This document shows, piece by piece, positions 27,427 through 39,497 of a DNA stretch of 64,000 nucleotides. Made by a program: the position numbers and the translations under genes. Position 1 is the stretch's first letter. Each line of letters starts with the position of its first letter. The DNA comes from Lingula anatina (lineage: Eukaryota > Animalia > Brachiopoda): the NCBI GenBank assembly GCA_051362555.1, contig CM120640.1:25096225-25160224 (forward strand). Reading direction: 5' to 3'. The notes under the pieces were generated by a model. That model was not told the origin of the DNA. It was given only the letters and a program-made list of their open reading frames with translations, and made no database searches.

Positions 27427-28185
27427 TGAACTAGTTACTGTTTTATCATATTGTAACTACAGTACATAGTCTATGTTACATATAGTTATACATGTATGCT
27501 TCATATCTAAGACCCAATTCCAATAGACACCATCAGTCCACGTAGATCGATCCAACTTTGCAGGACTCTCGCTAAGTGCAATCAGCTTAACTGAATGACA
27601 TGCCTGTTGAGTAGAAAACAGAAAAGCTGGTGATTATACAAGTACAATGGAAACAATATGAAGCGTGGCATTTAGTCAAGCTGATTGCACTCAGCGAGAG
27701 TCCCCGCAATTTTGGAGCCTAACGCTCATGTAAAGATCGCATGCATGTAAACTGTCTAAAGTAAAACGTTCTTCAGCAATTTTAATAGTAAACAACGATG
27801 GACATTCAGAAAATGTAATTGCAGTTTTATACCCATTGGAATCCAAACGCACGTCTTGAAAATGCCAATGTGGGAAAGAAAAAGAATTCACAAAGCTAAT
27901 TAAATTCAAGAAAAATATTTCAATCGAGATAGTTTTCAAACTAGAGTTCTATTTTAGCCCCATGAATCTATACTGTTTAGCTTTAGAATAACATATAAAA
28001 TAGTTTTCCTTTCGTAATTTAGAGAAAATTCCAGGAAAGTAAACAGCGACAACAAATGCAGGTAAATGCTCTTTGTATGTCTGTCAATAAAAAGTTTTTC
28101 GTTAAAAATCTACATTTTCTGTATTTTATTATCCAATGACTACTAAAATACCATTTGGAAAATTATGGTCCGAGGAAACCAGCAT

Positions 28186-28560
28186 CAGTCTTAGTCTTAG
28201 GTCCTCCTGTCCAAAGTAGGACATTGGGCGGCAAACTTTTTCCAACTTGTTCGGTCGGCAGCGGCCCTCTCTAACTCCTCCCACCTGATGTTGCCTCTTT
28301 GCAGATCATTCTGGAAGGTTCTCCTTCAGGTTATCCGTGGGCTACCGCGTTTGTGCTTGCCTCCTTGTGGTACCCAAATCACAACAGTTTTTGGATACTT
28401 CTCAGCTGGTAGTCGAATGATTTGTCCTGTCAATTTTATCCAACGAAACCAGCATGCGCATTGCATATATAATGGTGATGTACGTGGATATTGAGTGCAG
28501 TGTATTTCTGCCAACACTCCGTGCGCACAACCACACCACGTTTGTTATTATTCGAGACTA
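28186..28560 (-). mobile_element. 3' remnant of an RTE-clade LINE
   Basis: The minus frame reads VVIWVPQGGKHKRGSPRIT*RRTFQNDL...WEELERAAADRTSWKKF, matching the RTE C-terminal pattern W.P.GKR.RGRP..TW with a stop. A short repeat tail (ctaagactaagact) follows. Confidence 0.78.
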
Positions 28561-29067
28561 GAGGGGTGTACGGAACAAGTCAAGGATGAAGACATCAAAT
28601 TTGGCTTTTTTTGCTGTAACAGGTAAAACCTTCATTTATGTCTCCTCCATCCCAGTGCACCACAAACTTATCGAGGAAAGAAAGTTCCGTTGCAGTTTGA
28701 CGCACCACAGTCCATTACATGATGTCGTGTGCTCGTGTAATATGCATATAGCACATGTCCCGGCGACAAAGAAAAACTAGTATAAGAAAGTTCAGAAGAA
28801 AATTGTGTGTTCTTTGGACCGATTAATTTGGGGGAGGGGTAAAGTTTACCTCATTTTTCATACATTTAGCTGAACGTTTTTTCTTTCGTCCCAAACTTGG
28901 ACGTGGACAGTTTTTAGAATGCATGAATTCTGACTTTTATGTTATTGCGTACTAATAATTTTATCTATCACCCAGGTATCTCTGCTGAACATATCTAACC
29001 ATTCATTTTCAATCCTGAAAACTTAAGTTATATTACACTTAGATTAAGCTATAGGTAATAATTTATC

Positions 29068-29246
29068 AGGTTACCGGGGTTGGTAAATCTCGTGGACAAA
29101 AGAGAAGATGAAACCTAATAGAAAACACAATGGCCTGTGGTAGACCTCATAGTGAATAATTTTCAAGGTTACCTGGGATGGTCAATCTCGGACAAAAGAC
29201 AAAATAAAGCCTAAAGGAAAATGCATATGGCCCGAGTAGACCTCAC
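29068..29246. repeat. Two diverged ~100-bp tandem units
   Basis: ggttacc.ggg.tggt.aatctcg..gacaaaaga...tggcc...gtagacctca occurs twice. Confidence 0.75.
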
Positions 29247-29639
29247 GACTTCTACTGCTACAAGAGAGATCCTACGAAAATAGGCTGAGTTCAACTGAAG
29301 TTTTCACTGGTCTTTTAGTGTAAAAATATATGTCGAATACAAAAGCAAACTATGGGTAAATAAATAACAGTTGCGATGAAAATTATTTATCTCAGTCAAC
29401 AAATAGCATCATGAGTCCCCCGTGCATTATAGTTGTAATGATTATGGGACAGGGTGATCAGTTGTCTAGCACGCAGCAGATTTCGTAACAAGACTTAGCA
29501 TCCGTAGACCGGCTGAAGTATTTGGGGGAGGGGGGGGGGGTGCGCAACGACGTCAACTAGACAAAATTGTAAGTTCAGTATTAGATTTTAAAACGTATGT
29601 TATACGTTATGATTCTCTTGTTCTCGTTGTCAGATCAGA

Positions 29640-31051
29640 ATGTCAGAAAATGAAATGAAGAGTATAGGTACTTAATATGCAAAGTACTTATCTGATCGTT
29701 TCATTTGCGTCATTGGGACTTCAACTTTACCATGCTAATGCCATTCTCGTTCAAAACACTGTCAATTATGTTTGCCTTAGTGGCGGCGCATATATATAGC
29801 CTATAATTCACCAAGATAACTTTTTTTACGGTTCAGTCAGTGCATGCGCGCGTGTGAAGTTAGGATGGTAGATTGCAGTAGAAACCGGTGGGATCCTTCC
29901 CCACAATAAATAATAGATGTTTTTAAATAAACACAAATGTAATATTGGATTGTGATAGACTGCATCTTCCATGCATAGCCTTCAGGTATTTTTTAAAAGA
30001 CGACATGTTTATCGCACAAACTATTGTGTCACCGAGTAACCTGCCAAGCGATCGGTATAAGGCCAGGGCCATTTTCTTGGAAACCATCACTGTCTCAACA
30101 GCGAACTGATCCGTTCGCGATCTGATCCATTCGCGCCTTCTAGAACGGCCTTCTAGAACGGTCTAAATGGCAAATGAAATTCATAAAGTTTCGCGAAAAG
30201 CAATTGACTTTGTGTTACAGAAATACAACGAAGGACGTGGTATTGCCAGTGTCTTTCGAAGGTTTACCTGTACCATACGGACAATGTAGATAAGGAGATG
30301 ACTAGGAGTGATGAATTAGATGCTAAAGAACTGAAGAGATGCCTATTTGAGCTAACAGGTAATTTTTGTAATTTTTAGTCTGATTGGTTTTTTAACGAGA
30401 AGCTGAAATTTGATTCAAAGATCAGAATTATACCAATAACGGACAAATCAATATAGGCCCCCTATATTTTTTTCAATATTCTTTTCTAATTCTGTAATTC
30501 TGTAAGCTGTAAGGGGGTAATTAACTTTTGTGCGCGCTCGGCTCTCGGAACCTGACAGCAATTTAGCGTGAAACCCCAAGGAGTTAGGTCGATCCGGATA
30601 GATCGATCTAAATCTATGGGAACCCAGTCCTAGTTTAAATGTTCACAGAGGGAAACGTCTTGATTGGTGCCGGAAAGATATTTTAGATACATATGACGAT
30701 GTAATTAAGGCAGGTAATTTGTTTTTTCGACAGCAAACAAGTGTGCTTAATAAAATACGATATTAATAAAAAATGACCGCCTCAACAGCACTGTCTGGAA
30801 ATATTGTATCGATGTATGTTTTTGTTGTAACATGTTCATTTTATTAATTTAGGAGCAGACATAGCCTACTTAGGCTTTTGTTATTGTGAATTGAGACACA
30901 CACATTAACACTTAAATATTACAACGCAATATTTCCATATTTACATATTAATATTTCCACTACAGATGAGCGCACCATATGTATGGAATCCACAGGCAAG
31001 CTAATCTCCTGGAAAGTTATTCTGAAGGAGCCAGTCAAGAGACGTCAGTGA
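29640..31051 (+). CDS. Putative 83-aa orphan protein (3 coding exons; absent from the ORF track)
   Basis: Exons 29640-29667, 30221-30358 and 30966-31051 with GT-AG, phase 1/1: MSENEMKSIEIQRRTWYCQCLSKVYLYHTDNVDKEMTRSDELDAKELKRCLFELTDERTICMESTGKLISWKVILKEPVKRRQ*. Confidence 0.5.
30504..30630. repeat. Dispersed repeat, inverted homologue of 35671-35818
   Basis: Blocks aagctg..agggggtaattaa, ctga.agcaatttag, aaacccc and tatgggaac are shared with the reverse complement of 35671-35818. Confidence 0.65.
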
Positions 31052-32665
31052 CCACGAAGAATGATCCTCCTTGCAGGAGGAAGTACGACGAATATTGTAG
31101 TGTTTTGGTATAATGGAATTGAACTTTTACACGGGTATATTAGGACATGCTCTGTGTCCCGCTCTACAAGAGATGTTCTCCAATGACCACATGACTAATG
31201 ACTTTATGGTGCAACATGGTCTGCCCTTGCCTGAATCCGATTGAAAACGTATGGGCTGAACATAAACACCACCTCCGCACGCGCATTAAACCCACTACTT
31301 TCAAGACCGTCTCTTAGAAGGCATACACGAAATTTTGGGTCCTTCTGGAACAGCTAAATGTAACAGATATATGAATCGTTTAAATATGGTCGTGCAAAGG
31401 GCGTATGTCTTTATTTTAAAACAAATAAAAATATAAGGAATATTAAGAGATATGTCTTGAGATATTTTTGGACTTTTTGTTCTCAGTTCAAATAAATTAT
31501 TTTAACTACGTATAAGGTAGACGTGACTTTCCATAACTAATCAACTTACTGGTAAATTAGGAGAAGGGTCAATAAATGTTTTGCTCTCCATTTTTTATTT
31601 GATCTGCCTTGACTCTAGTCTTTCGATGCAGTTTGACACATCATTACCCATAGTACTCATGTTAGATACATGTAGCACATGTAAAGGAAAACTAGGATGA
31701 GTAGTTAAGGTCCTTTGGACCAACCGATCGGGAAATGGGGGATGAATTTAATTTTACTTCATGATGCTCCTACCATACTGTCTCAATTGTCAGACCCAAT
31801 GTTGAATAGTAAGGGGGCATTTCTGCGGTACTGTGTTATCGAAGTCTCCCATACGTATAAAAATGAATGTAAAGCTGTTTTCTCGGAGTTATGTAGAGCA
31901 TGTTGAATGACATAGAAATTCTTATTCTGAATAATGAAATCGACATTAGCTCTTCCGAAGTCCTGTTGTGGGTTTGAACGAGCTAGCGAGCGAGATAAGC
32001 CATTCATTGGATAAAAAAAAACTCAACGCTGTATATCACTATACTGAATGATAAAAAAAACTCATGATCATGCAGCATTGTGCCGTCGTACATGTATATA
32101 TACTGTTGAGCATGTAATTTGTCGTAATTTGATTCTAATAGTTAATAAGCCTGTTGTTCAGCCACCTATCAGCTGATGGTTTATTTCTGGAAGTAATGTT
32201 GGTGTACTTCGTGGGCTGTTTTTTTTTACATACCTTGACATAAAATCGAATGTCCACTCTTCTTTAATGTAACCATATTGTATTGATGAATTCAATTATC
32301 CAACTTTTGATTAAGGATATAATTGGAATGTATGTTATAAATGTTATTCGTTATGTTACTCGTTGCTTAAAGGAGTTGCAAATGGTAATGACTGGTTTAA
32401 ATTTTGTACTTCATGAACTATACAAATGGCCTTTTCAATGTATTAAACGCTTAATCTTCACGATGACATAATAACTGTACCCATTATATTGTTTCCTTGT
32501 GACACAAAAATCCCTTTGTATAAAAAAATACATCATATGATATAACACGGAATCTCCTGGACTACACATCAAGTTGCCCAGGTCCCGGTAACTTTACATT
32601 CATCTGTTTGTGAAGACTAACAATGCATCTACCCCTCTCAAAAGGGCCTAATTAGCATACATTTA

Positions 32666-32965
32666 ATTGGCCTTGTGGTTAGAGTGTCCGCCTCCGGAGC
32701 GGGAGGACGTGGGTTCAAACCCCGTCCGGGGACATACCAGTCCTTTATAAACGGTACCTGCTGTCTCCCCGCTTGGCACTCAGCACTAAGGGGTTGAAGC
32801 AGGGGCCTGGTCTGGTGGTGCAGAAATGAAATGTTAACTCTGAGCGCCTAATATGGCAGCCGGGTTGTATCCTCCCCAGGGAGGTGAGAACGCCTATAGA
32901 GTGTAATTGGGCAAAAATGACCAGGCTTTTCTCACATACATTTCATTTAAATAAATAAATAAAGT
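32666..32965 (+). mobile_element. tRNA-derived SINE
   Basis: Pol III A-box-like tggttagagt and B-box gggttcaaaccc head, a non-tRNA body (cataccagt...ggtacctgctgtctccccgcttggcactcagcact) and a (taaa)n tail. Confidence 0.8.
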
Positions 32966-33138
32966 ATATATATATATATATTATGTAAAACTTCAACCTT
33001 CGGGTTGTAATATTCCAATAAAGATTATTATTATTATACATGTTACTCAAGAACTCGCTTGATAGCGAATTCAACTCTTCAGTTTCTTAATTCTTAACGT
33101 TCAATTCAAACGCATATATTGCACTTTTCATTTTGCAG

Positions 33139-34800
33139 TTCAATTGATAACGACTGTTTTCACGCCTCTTGGTGCTAAGCACTACCCCCAGTACGCATAC
33201 ATATGGGGAACGGACGATTGGCAATATACCAACCTAACCGACATCAGGTACCACTTTACTAGCAATCCTGAGAAGGACGGAGATACAAACGTACCAAATA
33301 CCATTCAGTGTACTGAAAGAAATGATATCAACAACCAAGACATAGACAATATTGGCTCAAACACGCCAATGATGGACTACAGGTTGTGGGTTCCCACACA
33401 GAAAGAACTTGAAATTGAAGGTAATGAGAAGCCGTGTTAAAATCAAATTGCCTAAAATTGTTTTGCGATTTTTACCTCTAAGAGTATTGTCGCATCTTTT
33501 TGGTGAATCTTCGTTTCTAGTATTTCATTTAAATTTCATAAATCATTATATATGTATAAAACATGGCATGTTGCTAAAAAGTACCTAGTCTGGTGGGTAT
33601 AACCTATATTGTGTATTTACAGAATCAAGCAGGCTGGTGACAATGTCTGACTTGTTCAGGAAGGATATACCAGCAAACGGTGTGTTCATTACCGAAGTGC
33701 CAAGAAGTGTTAAATCATTCTTCACCAACTACAAGTACGTGGCGCACTGCGGTCTAAGTAAAAGCAACCGCAACATGGTAGCCATTCGTATGGCCATGCC
33801 ACATCGTATCCTGCCTTTCGTAGGTCCCGATCTAAAAGTATTTTCTTCGGTCAAGCCTCCAGAAATTCTCGTCCGGCATTGGGAGCGAAAACTGGGCAGC
33901 CGCGTTAGGCCAAGATTTACATGTCTTACAAAGAGCCATGGTAACACCACATATGTGTGTCCTTATCCCATTGAACAGTTACCGCTTCACCAACAGCATG
34001 TGGAACCTGATGCATACTATAAAGTCCTCAGCAAGAGGTTTGTAAGTGAAGTTGATGTAACACAACCAAAAATCTTCACCAATGCTACGATCCCTTGCGT
34101 AGTTAAATTGACTCATGGCATGGGAGGCACTGCTGTATTTTTGATAACAAACGAAACCGAACTACAGCTGACACAATCAAAGATCATGACCACGCACCCC
34201 GATGCGGATCTAATCGTTACAGAGATGATCACAGATCTGGAATCTCCAGAATACAGTGCCCACTTCTTTGTTGACAAATCTGGGAATGTTACTTGGTGGG
34301 AGGTGGTCGAGCTCATTGAAGATGCCAATGGACATTCCATTGGAACTATGTGGACAAAGAATAATGGCCGTTTAAGACAAATCATGGAGCCATTCGTAAA
34401 CAAAGTTGCCCAGGCCCTGCACCAAAATGGCTACTATGGGCCTGCAGGATGCGACGTCCTGCATAATGGTAGGCAGGGTTACTTGGTAGACATCAACCCG
34501 CGAATGACCTGTTCTATGCCTTTATGTCTGATGGCTAGGGAAATGGAAAGACGTGGCTGGTCAGTTGGCGTTTTGACCCGTCAAAGAACACTAGACGGCA
34601 CCTTAGATGACGTCATAGCTCGCGCTGAAAGCATCTCGGATGGGGAGGTGGTAATACTGAGTGGAGGAGAGCTAGAAGGGGGCGCCATAATGGCCTACGT
34701 CGCAGTCTTTTCAGATAGCCGAGAAGCATGTGAACACATCATTAGCAACAAGCTTCCTTTTATTTGCACATCATCCCGACTTTCAAGAACTGAACGCTAA
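33139..34800 (+). CDS. ATP-grasp fold ligase-like protein
   Basis: Exon 33139-33420 splices in phase to a long exon 33623-34800. Motifs: PCVVKLTHGMGGTAVFLI (ATP-binding Lys plus Gly loop), LIVTEMI, GYYGPAGCDVL and YLVDINPRM (E/D-x-N-x-R metal-binding motif). The true start is unresolved. Confidence 0.85.
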
Positions 34801-35229
34801 GAGGATAACACGGGCGTGTATTAGTTATTTTTAGGATGCGAATGACTGCGAGTGCAGTTTTGTCTCTTTTGCTTCCAGGTTGTATTTTAGCAACAAATAT
34901 GAGTTCTTGCCACATGTACTCCCAAAAGGTCGATCATTAAAAAATGTGATATACTGTATTTGACTTGAGTATTAGCACAATTTGGGAGTGCTTGCCATCT
35001 CCAAAGAGAAAATGTTTGCCTTATTAGTAGTAAACTCAAATAAATTCAGTCAATGTATTATGAATTTCTTTCATTTCGAACATTTCTCGCTTCTTGAAAT
35101 TAACCTTTCTTGTAATCATAAAGCACAAGCAGAGTGTAATTAGACCTAGAAGTGAAAGGAAAAAATCAGATCATGTTTTTTAATATTTCTATTAATATTG
35201 AAGCAATGTCTGTACATATGATTCATAGT

Positions 35230-35496
35230 GAAACATCAACACGAACCGGGATTCCTGCAAGTCTTATCAATTGTACTGTGTCCAACGCTTCTGTTGTACT
35301 GTCAATTCAGCATTTAAAAGTATAAATTTCTAGCTGATGCAAAGTTTGAAACATCAACATACAAAAACCTGGATCTGAAGACGAACCACGATTGCTCTAA
35401 GTCTTATCAATTGTACCATGTCCAAGGCTTAGGCCTATGATGTACTGTCAATTTCGCATCTGAAGGTGAAAATTTCTAGCGGATGCAAATTTTGGA
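35230..35496. repeat. Two diverged tandem units of ~120-150 bp
   Basis: gaaacatcaaca...aagtcttatcaattgtac..tgtccaa.gctt...tgtactgtcaatt...aaatttctagc.gatgcaaa is repeated. Confidence 0.8.
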
Positions 35497-35670
35497 AGGG
35501 TTAATCATGGGTAGGCCTAAATTTGTATGTTCATAAACAACTCTCTAGCTTAAAGATAAAGCGGATGAATTTTTGTGACCCGGTCAACTTTTCAGATTTA
35601 ATAAGGTCCCTGTTTCACAAAAAAAAAAAAAAAAAAAAAAAAAACTGAAATTGGCTTTTTAACACCTCTT

Positions 35671-35818
35671 AGACGGAGTTCCCATACCTAGATGGATCGA
35701 ACAGGATTGATCCATCTTCGAGGGGTTTTCCTCTAAATTGCTTTCAGCTTAAGCGGCTTAGATGTCTGGCACGCCTAATGAAGCTGCTAAACGATAATTA
35801 ATTACCCCCTAGCAGCTT
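35671..35818. repeat. Dispersed repeat with internal hairpin, inverted homologue of 30504-30630
   Basis: See 30504-30630; local inverted repeat tgaagctgcta...tagcagcttca. Confidence 0.65.
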
Positions 35819-36205
35819 CAGTAGGAGTGGCAGAGAATAATTAACGAACTATATTCGTTCCCCGCTTTTCGTCCTGTAACGCATGAGAGACGATTCCATG
35901 CCATCGCTGTTTAACCGCCGATTCAGCATCGCAACGTGCTTTTCCAACTATGTGAAGTTTTAAGTGTTCTCATCCCTGATAATTTTTATTTGTTTTAATG
36001 TTACATTTTCCAAAATTTATAAATATAAAGCAAAATACGGTGCATATTCTAAGCGGAAAGCGTGCTCACAAGATCAGAGTCATGTTGACATTTTGATGCC
36101 CATGTCCCATTGCTGTCACCTAATACCGTGAGCGTGCTCATCTGAAAAAAATAGACACTTTAGTATTCAGAGATATTCTAGTTTCTCTATTCTGCTGTAA
36201 ATGTT

Positions 36206-36600
36206 CTAGCAAATAATTGATATACCCACTTTAGTGGTCAATAAAACAATCTTTAAAGCAGGGAAGTGGAACAAATTGCAACAGTAGTGCACATTTTCCA
36301 TACTTTTTATCAGTAGTGCATAAAGATGTGGACATTCAAAAAGAACTTTAAACTCTCGCTGCCATCTACTAAATGCCCTGAATATTTGCAACATCGTGGC
36401 CTTCTATGTTCAGCATCGTAAGCAAAGGACAATATAGATTCCCAGAAAAATGGAACCTTGAAATACTGATGATTGACCTTAAACGTGACTCTTTGTTGTT
36501 TTTTTGTCTGTTATTGGTAAAATAATGAGTTATTTCCATCGCCGTTAACATTTCAGCCATCATTTCTAATGTACAATTAAAGGTGTAATTTTGCTGTGAC
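36206..36600 (-). mobile_element. Possible degenerate LINE ORF2 3' end
   Basis: Fragmented frames with ISRFHFSGNL and VLFECPHLY resemble the C-terminal region of non-LTR ORF2; frameshifted. Confidence 0.35.
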
Positions 36601-37590
36601 AAATGAACACTTAATTGATTTTATTATAATGGCACTATGCTGTACATCCTACGATGTGTACTAATGTCATGTCACATTGGCAAATATGGTATCTTTCCTG
36701 TATCATTGGTATAATGGAAGTAATTTAAAATTTGCTTGATAGTGCTATTAAGTACTTAATGATGTCCAAGGTTAACGCGTGGTTTTTCTAGCGCACATGC
36801 CATTGTGCTCCCTCATTATCAAGTAATATTTCCCTTTTTCGTGTGTTTTTTGTTTAATTCTTTCTGTTTAGTCGAAAGTTATAAGAAGTGGAGTGAATTA
36901 ATTACTATTTAGCCCCTGAATGCGGAGGTGAGTGGGTGCTCAGTAACATAAGGTTCCTATAGAAGAACGTTGCATTTACATACTTTTCTGTCATTCTCAA
37001 CCCTTCACTTTTTTATTTCTATCATCTACACGAGCAAGAAAAAGTTTTGTTTTAAATTTTGCGAGCTTAAACTGAGATTTCACACATACATTTAAAGGAA
37101 ACCCCAATCATATCGTTTGAAAATCAAAAGTAAGTTACATAGAAATCGCCTGATTGCCAAATTGATCTACCGTCTCTGCCACTGAACATGCTGCGTCAGT
37201 GTATACATGTACGTCCTTCTCAAACGCCTACCTGATCTTGTTGTAATAAAGGTGACCAAAGGTTTACGGTGGCGCTGGGAAGATAAATCGGTCATTTCAA
37301 GAAAACTAGAAGGGCACTTTGCCCTTAAAAGACAAATTCAATTACTTTATTGGATTGTGAGGTGGTTCTTTATTCCTTGGTCTGCTATATAACGGTTTGT
37401 TCAAGGGTGTGCTGAAGCTTTCTGTCGCCTTTTTTGTCACAGTTGATTCCACATGCCAGGTGCTTTGAAGGTAAGGGATTCATTATATATGGTTGGATAT
37501 AAGATACGGTTAACTAACAGAAAGAATGGTATCTAATATTCAACATTTACCATGTATTGCCTCAATTTTCATTGCAGACGACATTTCGAC

Positions 37591-38360
37591 ATGCAACCGG
37601 ACAAGTCTTCCAAATATTGCATTCTAGGTGGCATGGTGTTGCTGCTGCTACCATTTGGTGTAACTTTACCAGGTAGGTTCTGCCATTATTAAAACACCAA
37701 AAGATGAAAGGGGATTATTGGGGTTGGCATTGACTCAATTTAAGTACGATTTTGAGAACATTTCGGTGCTTTTGCCCTTAAAGAGAGTTTTCATAATATT
37801 GTAAGGAATGATTTTACTCTAGAATGTCATCGGCCGAAAAACGTTCAAACTATACAACAGTTGATGACAATAAACAATAAATAAATAAATGAAAAAAAAA
37901 AAACGAATGAATGGATTAAATAAAAATACGAATCAAATGAATGAACAGAAAAAATGAAATTATGAACCAAACATAATTTATTTTAGTGCATAGGCCTACG
38001 CAGGAGGACCATCTGCAACTGAACAGCAACACGAAACGGCACCTGGACCGTGCAATACGCGACTGCATGAATAGTCGTTCATCAAATGTGGATCATCCAG
38101 CGACAGACGCTTTAGTCGACTGCATCCTCTCTAGATCCATAGAAAACCTTCCTATACTGGATAATAACAACTTTCATAGACATTTCACGCTGGACCAAAG
38201 TTCCCAAAACACAATCATTGTCAGGAGATCGGGGCATAGTTTTGAAAAGCGTCCGTTCACCGTGGGTCGGTACAAGCCGTTTTATCCCTACGGGAAACCA
38301 GTATATGACGAGAATGGGTGTGTTACTATCGGAAAATACCACCTCTGTTCTATGCGATAA
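37591..38360 (+). CDS. Small secreted prepropeptide-like protein (~151 aa)
   Basis: Exon 37591-37672 (MQPDKSSKYCILGGMVLLLLPFGVTLP, signal peptide) joins exon 37987-38360 in phase 1. It has dibasic KR/RR/KR sites and two Cys pairs. Confidence 0.75.
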
Positions 38361-38840
38361 AAATTTAAGAACATCGAATATTGCAATTTTTCTCGAGATC
38401 AGTTACACTTTATCTTGTGAAAATATTGTACATATATTTTTTAAGCACCGGTTTCTGTAAAGGAGAAGAATGAAAAACAATGTTAACAATTTGTTGTCAC
38501 ACGCAGTGGCGGTCTTGAACAAACAGTGCTATACATGTCTTTGATCAGGTAGGCAAATGGAATCTACAAAAACTTTTCATGTTTAGAATAAAAATCAATT
38601 ACGCTATTCAAGCGTTTGATTTTTGATATGCGATCTATGACCTATTAACTGCAACTATACTGATATGTTTTTATAGGTATAAAATGTCAGCCTAACAAAA
38701 CAACGTTCCGCTGTCTAGTTATTCTGGTTCTAGGTTCAATTACCATATTGAAATTTTTCTCACTTTTTCTGCATTTTTTTTTTTTTTTTTTTTTAAGCAT
38801 AACATAAAATTAATATTTTAAGTTTTTAAAATTGTCTTAG

Positions 38841-39497
38841 TTAAATCGTTTTCAAATGTCTCCACTTTGCAGCTATGAATTTTGACTCGTCCTCTCGGTT
38901 TCCTAAATTTTGTTCATATTTCGTCTTAAGTGATCTGAATGACGGGATAACAAGTTTGGGCTCACTAAGAATATCCCAACGAGAACGTTTCCTAATCCCA
39001 GGAAGTTCTGACACACCCGTCTCACTGGTAGTTGTCGCAACTCCATCCTTGCTGCTAGGATTCTGGGTGTTATTCTCCGTGCTACTAGTTGCATATGATT
39101 TAGAAAACAGCGACGGAAATACTGGGGCAGTTTCCGGTCTATCCAAAGTATTTTTTGATTCCTTTAAATGTTCGTCTCCCCGCTCAAGCGAAGCTATCGA
39201 GCTTTTGCATTGACGTGGTTGTTGTATCGGTGGCGTAAAACAGCTGGAACTTTTGTTAATATCTATCTTCATTTTGTTCACGTGTACCAAGTCTTTCCGC
39301 ATCTCTCTTTCAAAAACTCTGTGATGACGCTCAAATACGCTAAGTTTGAGATCCAAAATCTTTTTCTCGCGTCTGTTAGCGGTACGGATTTCAGTCGTAA
39401 GCTCACGACTAATATATTTACTTTTTCCCGATGTTTTTCTGTTATATCCTTTCGCTTTTCGTTGGTATTCTAGCTTTCGAAGTTGTTCGTTTGACAT
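38841..39497 (-). CDS. Uncharacterised basic protein with an N-terminal coiled coil (218 aa, single coding exon)
   Basis: Long ATG-initiated ORF in AT-rich DNA, with a charged helical N-half and an S/T-rich C-half. Confidence 0.6.
   Translation of the reverse strand: MSNEQLRKLEYQRKAKGYNRKTSGKSKYISRELTTEIRTANRREKKILDLKLSVFERHHRVFEREMRKDLVHVNKMKIDINKSSSCFTPPIQQPRQCKSSIASLERGDEHLKESKNTLDRPETAPVFPSLFSKSYATSSTENNTQNPSSKDGVATTTSETGVSELPGIRKRSRWDILSEPKLVIPSFRSLKTKYEQNLGNREDESKFIAAKWRHLKTI

Noticed and set aside
29068-29246. CRISPR-like or regular array
   Set aside because: Only two diverged units, no repeat-spacer structure, eukaryotic context
32666-32740. tRNA gene
   Set aside because: No convincing acceptor stem; it runs into a SINE body and A-rich tail
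33637-34800. Bacterial contamination as the source of the ATP-grasp ORF
   Set aside because: It has an in-phase spliceosomal intron upstream and is embedded among a SINE and intron-rich animal genes
35230-35496. Hammerhead/retrozyme in the tandem repeat (ctgatgc...gaaac)
   Set aside because: The core deviates from CUGANGA and no supporting stems are visible
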